The notes beneath the pieces were generated by a model. That model was not told the origin of the DNA, ran no database searches, and saw nothing but the letters and a program-made list of their open reading frames with translations. The translations under genes and the position numbers were made by a program. 17,341 nucleotides of DNA, from contig JANKJI020000002.1 of assembly GCA_024626585.2 (NCBI GenBank), positions 13,769,802 through 13,787,142 of the forward strand, read 5' to 3'. Below, piece by piece: positions 1 to 12,200 of the stretch (positions within the stretch are counted from its first letter, which is position 1; every line of letters begins with the position of its first letter). The stretch is from Ginkgo biloba (Eukaryota > Plantae > Ginkgophyta).

Positions 1-266
1 ACATGCCACGGCCAGAATTTGTGTTTAAATCTGTTGCGGGGGAAGAGAATTTGCACAATTGTATATTGAAATTGCCACCTAATGCACCTTTTCAAGAGGT
101 TATAAGTCCCCCAAGTGCTAAACTATTCCATGCAAAGCAACTTGCATGTTTAGAGGCGTGCAAAAGATTACATGAAATTGGAGCACTTGATGACCATCTT
201 CTTCCTGTTGCTGAAGCTGGATCAGAAGAGGAAGAAGTGATGAACTTTAAAGGAGAAAAAACTACA
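1..266 (+). CDS. DCL3: DCL3 exon: Dicer dimerisation (dsRBD-like) domain; starts upstream of the window, 3' end lost in gap 267-364
   Basis: Frame from base 3: PRPEF...CILKLPPNAPFQ...AKQLACLEACKRLHEIGALDDHLLP. The ATG at 3 is an internal Met. Confidence 0.9.
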
Positions 267-3200
267 NNNNNNNNNNNNNNNNNNNNNNNNNNNNNNNNNN
301 NNNNNNNNNNNNNNNNNNNNNNNNNNNNNNNNNNNNNNNNNNNNNNNNNNNNNNNNNNNNNNNNAATCATTTTTTTTTCGATAAAACATAATGTTGTGTA
401 GATGGAGAAAGTGTTCTTCGTAACTTGTCATCTGCTGTTCTAAAATTGCTGTTATCATGTTTCTTCACACCCCACTCCCCACCATCCTCCAGAGTGACAT
501 AATTATATTAGATAAAGAATATTTACAACAATTAGGACATCTTGAACAGAACTGTATGCAACCAGTATTTTAATCAAACATCTTTCAACCTATCGTAATT
601 TCTATCTTACCTTATCAAACATGCTTTGTCTATTATGTGATGCAGGACGGGTTGGCGGTCTGTCAACTCCTGACTTTTGTTGGACGTAGCTGAACTGACA
701 CAAGTCGGTCAACTAAATTCTTGATGTCGGCCGGCGATAGTGCAATCCAAACCAATGACTAGTTCTCAACACCAACTCGGTCCTGCCCTCCAGGATCCCA
801 ACGTAGCTTGGCCGTCGTCATCGCCGAACTTCCTTGTCAGAACTTGTAGGCTACCCCATAAGTGCCTCACCGACATGCTTGCGAAAGTAGAAATAAAAGA
901 GAGTTAATACTTTAGATGTTGGTGAATAAATTGTGCAAGTGTGGATATACTAGTGCTAATATCACAAATAAAAGAGAGTTATTAACTCCACAAAACTCAT
1001 CAAAAGTAGAGCAAGGACTTTTGAACTGGAGAAACCCTCATGGGGAATAAAATTCCAGATATTATAGCAACAGTAACTTTTAAGTATTACCAAAGTCTCT
1101 ACAGTTCTTCCTCATGACCTAGGGCACCACACCACATTACAAAAATTCAACATAGAAGGGTAGGGCCATAGTCCTTAATGTTTAGAATATCTCTGTTAGC
1201 GGTTCAACTTGACGTCGCTCAACTGGCTTTGGTTTCATGTCGGACCTTGTAGTCACTTGTTCTATCAAGCACCGCACTGTTGATTTTCACGTCGGCGACT
1301 TCTCCGTGTCACACAGGTTTTCCTTAGGCGGACTCCCCAAAGCCACTCAATTTTCATGTCAGTCAACAGGCTCCTCAATGCCTCGTAATTCACATGTCGG
1401 TGGACTCCTCACACCACATCTTTTTAGTGCATTAGGCGGACTCCTCAACGCCACTCAATATGCACGTCAACGAACTTCTCAACGCGACGTAAAATCTTTG
1501 TCATTTGGCAAACTCCTTGATGCTTGACAGATTTCAGTTTAATTAGGCGAACTCCTCAATGCCACAGCAATCGTTTGCTCATGAGTTAACTTACTTAGGA
1601 ATTACACCCTGATTTCTGCTCCCCAACACCTCTGAAATTGAATTCTCTTGAGTTGCCTTAGTCAATGTCTCTACCCAGATTTGTGCCTTTGACTTGTGTC
1701 CAGCATGCCCTGCAAGTGTGCCGAACACTAACACCTCTCAAAGTTGCCTNNNNNNNNNNNNNNNNNNNNNNNNNNNNNNNNNNNNNNNNNNNNNNNNNNN
1801 NNNNNNNNNNNNNNNNNNNNNNNNNNNNNNNNNNNNNNNNNNNNNNNNNNNNNNNNNNNNNNNNNNNNNNNNNNNNNNNNNNNNNNNNNNNNNNNNNNNN
1901 NNNNNNNNNNNNNNNNNNNNNNNNNNNNNNNNNNNNNNNNNNNNNNNNNNNNNNNNNNNNNNNNNNNNNNNNNNNNNNNNNNNNNNNNNNNNNNNNNNNN
2001 NNNNNNNNNNNNNNNNNNNNNNNNNNNNNNNNNNNNNNNNNNNNNNNNNNNNNNNNNNNNNNNNNNNNNNNNNNNNNNTTCTGTTGCATTAACTTCGGGT
2101 AGGTGAGTGACAAGACATTCACTGAGTGTCGGTTTCTTGATGTCGGTCCCCGACATGGCTTCTTCACGACATGACCAGAAAATGCCCTTTTATAACTCCT
2201 TGCCACTTGTTCAGTCCAACAATCATGTCGGTGTCGGTCTCTGGTTGTTCGACGATGTCGGTTGTCTTTGTTATATACCGACAAGGTCGGTCTTATTGTC
2301 CCTNNNNNNNNNNNNNNNNNNNNNNNNNNNNGGCCACAACCTCCCTTGTTGGTGTCGGCCTCCGACCATGTCAGTCTCCGATCTTCACTTCCCTGATGAT
2401 GTCGGCCATCTCTTGTTGGCCTATTGATGTCATCCTTCCCCGATGATGTCGGTCCTCCTTATCCCTCCATCGACATTGTCAGCGAGTTTATTCCCAATCG
2501 ACATCGGTCATACTTTTCTCATGTTGGTGTCGTTATTCGACAATGTCGGTCGTTCAACAACAAGTCGTTGACGATGTCGACCCTTCTTGTACCCATATCC
2601 GATAATGTCGGGCAACCGATGTCGATGTCGGTTTGGCTCTACGACGTCAGTTTGCTTTTAATTAAAAAAAAAAAAATGGGCCTTTTGCCAAGGGATTTAT
2701 AGGGATGCCCCTGCATCATTATGTACAGTTTCAAATAGCACCAAATAGTATTATTTTAGTAGTAATGTAAATGGAGTGTACAAAAGGCTGCCCCTTGAAA
2801 TGTAGATAGGTTGTGAAAGCTACGTGCACCATTCATGTTACCCTGTTCCATCATTCTGATTGGCAGTTGCACATGGGATGCCCAACGTTACCTGGTTAAC
2901 CTAGGCTTAAATGCTTGGATTCTATTAGCATAATGGCCTGTTCTAAATCTCATAGAAAGGTTGATTCTGAGACATTTGACCATGTTTTAAACCATGTAAT
3001 GGCTTCGCTACTTGTCACATGTAAATAAGAAATTCATCAGACTTCCCATTAACATGTTAGTATTCAAAATCCTTAATGTACACAAGGACACTTATAGAGC
3101 TGCTAAACCAAGAGAATGTGACATACGGGGGCAACATCTATTGCAGGTGTTGACAGCCCTAGGGTTTATTATATTGGCAACCAAACCTGCAATTGGACCC

Positions 3201-6200
3201 CAATGTGTATCCTTTCAACTTAATGGCTAATAATATTATTGGTATTCTTTGAACCCAATAGCCATCAACCAACCATGGGTGTCTTTTCAACCCACTTGCT
3301 AACAATAACATGGGTATTCTTTCAACGCCATCACATTAATCAATCATGGGTATCTTTTCGACCTTGTGCTAGCTTTAGGGTCATAGGCTGTGAACCTCAC
3401 GCCCAGCAAAATTGATCCGTTTTTGGATCCAAAATTGTTTTTTGTCAATTTTTAATAAACTAAAAAACTCCGAACTTGAGGTCAGGTCAAAATTGAGAGA
3501 AATCTATTCAATTTTGAGTTGAAGGTCCACGAGGAAAGAGTTGTAGCATTTCCTAAGAGCTTTAAAACGAGCCCAAGTGCACGGAAAACGGAGTTGTGGT
3601 TTGAAAGTTATGATGAAGATAGTGACAGTAAAAAATATGCACTATTTTTCCACTAAGGTTGTGATTTTGTAGTTGTTAGGGATAAAACTCCCAACTCGTG
3701 CCTCGAAAACTTCCGATTATAGTGTTGTTCTTTCCAAAATGGGGGTAATCCTTTCACTTTTATGTTTAAAATTTTAAGTTATATACTATAAGATTATAGT
3801 ATAGAACTTTAACAATTTGAATATAAAAGTTCACATAAAAGGATGCCTTTCATCACTGGAGTGTCCAACAAAAGACCCGTGGAGACAACGAGTACTTCGA
3901 ATTCAGTAGGAAGAAAGACTCAACCAAAGAAGGGGAGCAATTCTTTAAGAAAGAAGAAGTTTNNNNNNNNNNNNNNNNNNNNNNNNNNNNNNNNNNNNNN
4001 NNNNNNNNNNNNNNNNNNNNNNNNNNNNNNNNNNNNNNNNNNNNNNNNNNNNNNNNNNNNNNAATTGAATGATTGTGGACTAAAGAGAAACAAGAATCAC
4101 TTGAGAGACTCAAACACAAGATTGTGCATGTATTGATTTTATGTTTTCTAGATTAGAACAAAATGTTCCATATTTGTGTAGATGCCTCATTGTTTGTGCA
4201 CTAGCTCAACCTAGTGTAGGAAACGTCGATCATCTTTTATACTGTGCCAGCAGAGAGCTAACATTGTTGGAACAAAATTATACTGTCACAGAGAGAGGGG
4301 CTAAGCATGTTGTATGTTATTCATAAATTCAATCATTTTTTATTATTTAATTCCTTGTACTTTTATGTATCAAGCACTATTGTCTCTTATAAACAAGTCC
4401 CTATTATAAGGAGGCATAAGTTGATGGATATTATTGTTTCAAGAATTTACATTCGAAATTATTGTATAACCAAGAAAGAATATCATTTAGTATCAAAGTC
4501 TAAGATGTGTGAAGATGCCATCATTATTAAAGATGACTTTCTAGACACGAACTTGTTTTGCATAGAAATTATCCTAGAGTGGTATGCTAGCATTGTTGAA
4601 TACTTATCTACTGGCCACACACTGCCAGGACTTGATAAGGTAAAATGAAAAAGTCTTGCACAAAAATCCCTCCCATATCATCTTATTGGAGGAGCTTTTT
4701 ACTAGTTAGGATGCAATCATATTCTACACCAATGTGTGATACTACATGCTAGTATCATTCGCCAAGCTCATGAAAGTCCAATAGGAGGACATGTGGCCAA
4801 TGATGCCACAATAAGAAAAATATTACATACTAGGTTGTGGTGGCCAATGTTGTTTGATGATGTTAAGAAATGTGACATCTCTTAGAGAATTGGAAAACCC
4901 AATCAACAAATGAAGCAACCATTACATCCAATTCTGGCAATTGCCCCTTTTGAAAATGGTGAATTGACTTTGTAGGACCGATAAGTCTTGCACTACAAAG
5001 AACGAGCACAAGATATATTCTTGTAGCCACAGATTTTGTCACCAAATGCTGTGAAGCCCAACCATAATGTGAGCATAATACCATATCTATAGCTCTGGAT
5101 TTTTATACAAGATGATTATTACGAAATTTGTCTACCCCTTACAACTGACGAGTGATCAAGGAGGAGGGTTTATAAATGAAATTGCAAAGGAGTTAACTAA
5201 AGAATTTATGATTACGCATAAAAAACCCATGCCATATTACCCGCGATGCAACAATCAAGCAAAGATCNNNNNNNNNNTATTAGAAGCATGACTGCTAAAA
5301 ATTTGTGATGTTCAACGAACCTATTTGGCTGAAAAAAGTCATTCAATATTGTGGGCATTTCACACAACATAAAAACATGCCATGGGGGGAGATTTTGTTC
5401 CAATTAGTGTATGGACTAGAGGTGATATTTTCATCAAATTCAACGTTTCTAGCCTTTGAGTTGCTTTAGAATGCAGGATAGGAGAAGAGGAGACTATCAT
5501 AGAGCATTTAAAGCAATTACTATATTTAGAAGGATGACTCACCTTAGCCTTATGGATGTTGCAAGCAAAAAAGAGGCGGCAGAAAGCATGGCATGACTAT
5601 CGCATTTGACCACCAACATTTCATAAAGGAGATAAGGTCCTCTTGTATGATACTTCTCCTAGTAAATTGAAGATGTGTTGGCTTGGACCTTATGTAATCG
5701 AGCATGTAAATGAAAATCGCTTGGTACAGTTGAAGCAATGAGATGTTCAACTATTGCCTAAGTTGGTAAATGAAAGTCATTTGAAACTCTACCACAATTA
5801 ATCACCCTCACATCAAAAACATTGTACCATATACATTTTGCAACATGGTAGCAGTCAAGTTGTTATATGAAAATCCACAAGATGATGAAAACAATTAAAA
5901 ATCCATAAAACTTTTAAAACTATGAAAACCCATAAAAAGCTAAAAAATAGAAGAAACAAATGATTACATTGCAATTTATCATTCAGAATGGTTGATCATG
6001 ACGAGGGCCAAGTAGATGACGATTTGGCCAAGGACAACATGGTAATCTTCCTCAGGGATGCATGAGAATGACATAGGAGAAGAAATGACGTATGATAAGA
6101 AATAACGAATGAAAAAGTTATCGTATTAGAGGAGGTCCAGAAATTGTTCGCAAGTAAGGGGGTAGCACTGATAGCTAGTTACCATGGCCTAATGCTTGAG

Positions 6201-9200
6201 CTCTTTTAAAAACTTTAGTTCATCTTGCTTATGTGAATTTTGACTTGAAAGGTCATGACAATTTTGCATTTATGAAGAGGGAGAATGTAGAAATAGAAGA
6301 GGAAATCGACTCCTAGGATGGGAGAACTAAGCAGTCATCTAGGGCTAGGTGTGAAAGACTTATCCTTGTATGATTGTACTATGTGCCAATACTTGTGAAT
6401 ATTAAGTGAGAATTTGTATCCCATATTGTGTCTTGATGTACTATGCAATCATACCATGACGCTTCTCTATAATTAGTGCATGCTATATTCTCATATGTAT
6501 GTACTGACTTGTTGCTGATGGTAGGCCCCGCACGTGGCACTGATTATTAGTCAACAAAGCCTTCCATTATCTTCTAGGACAAATAGGATGACATNNNNNN
6601 NNNNNNNNNNNNNNNNNNNNNNNNNNNNNNNNNNNNNNNNNNNNNNNNNNNNNNNNNNNNNNNNNNNNNNNNNNNNNNNNNNNNNNNNNNNNNNNNNTAT
6701 CGTGCATGTGCAAATATGGACAATCGTTGACTTATATATTTTATGCGAGTCCAATGTGATGGTATTAGAGTTACAATGATTTTAATAGATGCATTTAATG
6801 ATGGCATTTATGGAATCCTAGATGCATATATTACAAGAAGAATAACCCACAATTAATGTTGATCCTAAGTCACATATATTAGGGAAAACAAGGCACATCA
6901 AATGTACATTAAGTGAGGTGCATAAATTAGGGCATTTACGAAAGGGCATATGTAGTAACTCAAATTGAAGTGTTATAAGTTAGGGTTATGTCACTTAGGT
7001 TTGAAAAGGCACATCAATTCATTTATTAAGAGAGAGAAACTTATAAATAGGAGAGAGAAATTCACTCCTAGATGTGAGAGCCAACCATTGGTGTCTAGGG
7101 TTAGGTGTGAGAGGCCTGTCTCTGAAATTTATTATGATGTACTATATTGCTTATGTATCATTTTTTGAGGATTGTAACCCATATGCTCATGTCTTCATGT
7201 CCGTGCTTTGAATTTATGATGCTTTCTGTATAATTAATGCATGCTAATCCTCATGTAGGAATGTTAACCTATTGTTGTTGGCGAGCTCGACACCAAGCAC
7301 CCATTATTAGTCAACAAATAATACATAGTAAAAAGAGTAATCAACAACATATGAACAATCTCCTAGAGCATAATTGAGCAAAAATCAACGTTGAAACAAG
7401 TATATTTACACTTGCATTTCCATATATGAGCACTCTAGAGTCAATACCATCTCCCAAGTCATTCTACAAGCCATGTAAAAGCCTTGTACAATAACATCTA
7501 ATGTTCAACCGCATGCAAACATGCTCTTGCAACAACAATTTTGTAGCTCTCTTCATCTTACATGGCAAAACAACTTATACAACAGATTTGTACCATCTTT
7601 GCAATCATAAGGAAACCTTTAATGGCATTTGAACAATCACTCAAAGCATAAGCTACTAATTCAAACCACAAACCATATATCATTCATGCACACTTTCCAC
7701 TTGTGAATTTCTGGGTTTCATTTGCTTAATTCTTCATTCTTTGACCCTTATAAGCCTCATTTATATGAATGTATAGTAGCATGCACAGCAATAGCAAAAA
7801 TGCCTTCAANNNNNNNNNNNNNNNNNNNNNNNNNNNNNNNNNNNNNNNNNNNNNNNNNNNNNNNNNNNNNNNNNNNNNNNNNNNNNNNNNNNNNNNNNNN
7901 NNNNNNNNNTTGGCACGTTGCACTCTGAGGAGCAAGGTTTGAATATACCGTAATAGTACGGAAAATTGAACCTCAAGAAATATAGGTACACACCGACTTA
8001 TAACGAATGACATATTCACTATTAATGGTGTTAATACTCAAATAACCGGGACTCCTGGTTCTCCTTATTTCCTCCTTATATCGTCCAAAAAGGTATATCT
8101 TTTATTTTTATATACTTATCCTAGCTCCTCAAGTCAGAAAATAACTTGAGACTTGACTCAATGGCCCTAATTTTCCCTGGACTTGGTTTATTCATAATTA
8201 TAGTATCGGCTGCAAAAAGCTCATGTTTGATACAGTCCACTTCCTTGGCTATACAAATTCCCTCTATCAGCTTAACTGACCTTATTTGACTTGAGAGACA
8301 GGACAGTCCTTCCATAGGAACAATAAAAAGCGTTCGTGAGAAGGGACAACCTTGCCTCTTTTGAGTTTTGGAAAAAATCCATAGCCTCTCCATTCATTTA
8401 CACTGAAGTTCTGGCAGTGGAAAGAAAGTCTATAAAATGTTTAATGGGAAAGCCCAATGATTGAGTGTCTTCAAGGGAAATTATTCCAGTGGACGACAGC
8501 GGCGCANNNNNNNNNNNNNNNNNNNNNNNNNNNNNNNNNNNNNNNNNNNNNNNNNNNNNNNNNNCTGGATGCCTGCTATGCTGTCTAATATATGTTTCCT
8601 TAATAGATGCATTTTGATTTTCGCCTGTGATAAAGTGCAAATCCATTTGCATCTGGTTTTCTAAGATATTGCCATTACCTTGTAGGAAATAATTTTATTT
8701 ATCATTATTAATATTACATCAACATGGAAATTTATCATCAAAATCTTTAAATTCAAAATTACCAGCAATGATGATATTGTATTTCATAACATATCTATTA
8801 TTGCTTGTTATAANNNNNNNNNNNNNNNNNNNNNNNNNNNNNNNNNNNNNNNNNNNNNNNNNNNNNNNNNNNNNNAAAAGCATTATCTGGAAGCTGGGTT
8901 GAAGATTTGAATGGAGTAACTTTGCAAATTTATAAAATGGTTTTCACACCCCAAGACAATGATGAGGGGGCATATGCAGATTTTGCTCTTCTCATTGAAA
9001 CAGTACTAGATGATGATATTGCAAGTACAGAAATTGAGCTTCATTTAACTGCAGGGAGGGTGGTCAAATCAATTTTTATACCATGTGGAAAGCTACAATT
9101 GAATTCAGTTCAGGTATGCATAATGGTTCTTCAAATGTATTCCTTTAAAGTAATTTTTATTTCATCCCATAAACTTGTGATTTTATATTGCTAGTCCTTT

Positions 9201-12200
9201 GCTATTTTTGTGGTGTAAGTTGTAACAATAGTTTGTGGGTTTGTTTAACTATAGCTGAAGGATGCCAAGGTTTTTCAAGAAGTACTTTGCAATGGAATAT
9301 TTGGAAAACTGATCCGTCGCCCAAAAAAATCAAATGTATCTAAGGCTGTGATGATGGATTCAGGAGGAGCAAAGATAATGGAGAGTAAATGGGTAACCTC
9401 CAACATGTACCTTTTGTTGCCCTTAGAGCTTCATGAAGGTGGAGTTTCTCCAACTGAGGTCAACATTGATTGGAAATGCATCAGTAATTGTGCTGATGTT
9501 GCAAGATCATTTAAGTCTGGGTCCTGGTCAAACGANNNNNNNNNNNNNNNNNNNNNNNNNNNNNNNNNNNNNNNNNNNNNNNNNNNNNNNNNNNNNNNNN
9601 NNNNNNNNNNNNNNNNNNNNNNNNNNNNNNNNNNNNNNNNNNNNNNNNNNNNNNNNNNNNNNNNNNNNNNNNNNNNNNNNNNNNNNNNNNNNNNNNNNNN
9701 NNNNNNNNNNNNNNNNNNNNNNNNNNNNNNNNNNNNNNNNNNNNNNNNNNNNNNNNNNNNNNNNNNNNNNNNNNNNNNNAAGAAGTATGAATGTTTATTA
9801 TCTGGCTATTGATTTTTGTATCATGCATTGGCGAGTGTAATATAATTTAGGGCATAGGGGACTATATTGTTTGGTTTTGTATTTTGTGTTCTCTCACTTG
9901 ATCAGATCGAAAGTTTTGCAGGTATGGAAAGACAATTATTTTCTTGAAACAACCACTTCTGCAGATTAAACAAAGTCATCGGCCACACAATCTTCTCACT
10001 CAGCAGGTCGAAAAGTCAAAAGGTTTGGGATCTTCTTTCCTACACTCTGAAGTTTTTCCTTAGAATTTCTATTATCGGAGTGCATGTTTTGTCCCCAAAC
10101 ATTTTTCCAAACTCAGACAAGCATCATCATAAAAGCAAAGCCAGTTCTGAAAAAATAAATTGATTTTAGCCATACGTACAAGTAGTTATAGCAGCACAGT
10201 CATTGTCAAGTGCCAGTAGGTGGCCAATCTTGCACAATGAGCTACATGTGACCAACCTAAGTGTAACAACTCAATCACAAATCCCTTTACATTCCATTGC
10301 TCCTGTCTCATACTTGAGCCTAAATCCTCCTTTTACAAAAGTCCCTCTCACGAGAAATTCTTCTCTCATAGAAGGCTAAAAAGTCAAAAGCTTTGTGGTT
10401 TTGTTTCCTGCATTCTTCTGAAGTTTTCTCTTGGATTATTAATATGAGAGTGTATGTAATGCTCCCAGAAATTATTCCAAATTCAGGCAATCTTCATCCA
10501 TAATATTATAGGGTTAAAAAAAATTAAACTGATTGTAACCATACCAACAAGCAGTTTGTTACTGCCCAGTCAACCATGGTCAAAGAGGCTTATTGGGTCA
10601 ATGACCAAGTCAACTAAGGAAGATGGACCCTAGATACATTAATTAAGCCTTTTAAAGGAAAACGGCCTTTATCTACTAGGGACAGCTCTAGGAAAGAGCT
10701 TAGTCATGAAGTCAACATGCTAATTTTGAAGATGGTTAATTATGATGGTGGGACCCTTAAGAGACACAAAAAACAACTTAAGAAGGGACAAAAGCCTACG
10801 TTAAACCCTAGCGCCACCTATCTAAGTGTCANNNNNNNNNNNNNNNNNNNNNNNNNNNNNNNNNNNNNNNNNNNNNNNNNNNNNNNNNNNNNNNNNNNNN
10901 NNNNNNNNNNNNNNNNNNNNNNNNNNNNNNNTTAGAGAACCCTCCAAAGAAGAAGAAAATGCATCTCAATCGAAAGAGAGAAGAAATTGACGAGGAATTT
11001 GAGAAAGAACCTAAACACAAGAAATCTAAAAAAGATTTTGAGTTGTTGCAGAATGTAAGGCAATTTAGGAATATGCAAATCCTTGACTTCGATGAGGTCT
11101 ATGGAACTTTTCTTAGATAGATTTAGAATTTAGATGAGAATAAAGTAAAAGTAGTTTCTATGGCTTTCACAGAGAGTGTTAGGGAATGGTGGAACAATGT
11201 ACAAACAAAAATAAAGGATAGTATGAGAGGGAATTTCAACACAGAAAGAGTTGAAAGAAGTAATGAGTAAGAAATGTGCCCCTCAAAATGAAATGCATCA
11301 ATGCTACACTCAACTATGGAACATTAGACAAGTTGGTACTGTTCAAGATTGGAGCAACGAATTGAATTCTCTTCTTACTAGGCTCTCTGACCTACCTATG
11401 AGATATAGAGTCAACCGTTTCATGAAGGGATTAAAATATTCCATTAGACAAGGAGTGGCTATAAGCCAACCAAAAACCCTAGAAGCTACATAAAGTATAG
11501 CCCTTCAGGTAGAAGTTGTTGAGTTAATTAGGCCTGACCATAAGAGGAAGCCTTTCAAGGAAGGAAAAGAGTCCTTAGATCAACTTTTTGAAAAGGAAAG
11601 ATTCCCATACAAGAAATCCTCTAAACCTTTCCCCAACAAAGGAAAAAGCCATCAAGGAAAGGAAGAGCACCCTTATTAACAACAGAAAGAGGTAAAAAAG
11701 GGAATCTATAGAATGCTATGAGTGAGGGGTTAACTATATGAAGAGACATTGCCCAAAACTTAAATAGAACAATCCCAAGCAAAACAAGAAAGTAATGTCT
11801 ATGGTTTTTAGAGAGAGAAACTCACTCCAAACATTGCCCCAACAAGCAAGTCTTAAAAATTTTGAGAGGTTCCATGACATAGNNNNNNNNNNNNNNNNNN
11901 NNNNNNNNNNNNNNNNNNNNNNNNNNNNNNNNNNACTATCCTAGTAGACAATGGGTGTACCCGCAACTTTATTTTTGAAGAGTTTGCTAGGAAAACAAGC
12001 TTGAAAGCCCAAGAAGCCCCTTATTCCTATGAGGTAGACTTGGCCGATGGGAATGGAACACAGGGCTAGGAGTAGTTTGTAGCTAAAGTACCAATAACCA
12101 TTCAAGATTATGAAGACCTTATAGACTTTGACATTTTGAAGATAGGTGGATATGATGCCATATTAGGGCAAAAGTGGCTATGGCAACATGACATACAAAT

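Noticed and set aside
1294-1570. CRISPR-like array of palindromic cores with variable spacers
   Set aside because: Cores are degenerate, spacers are short and related to each other, there are no cas genes, and the context is a plant intron.
1658-2702. Several long ORFs on both strands
   Set aside because: They arise from N runs and stop-poor GC-rich repeats; no recognisable protein motifs.
6760-6770. PBS-like TGGTATTAGAG on the + strand
   Set aside because: It is not preceded by an LTR-terminal CA and lies about 200 bp from the LTR end at 6556.
7930-8060. Possible pogo/Tc1-like terminal motif (ACTTATAACGAA)
   Set aside because: No matching inverted end or TA target duplication is visible.
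10004-10012. Alternative donor CAG|GTCGAA
   Set aside because: It is phase 0 and would be out of frame with the phase-1 acceptor at 16581.
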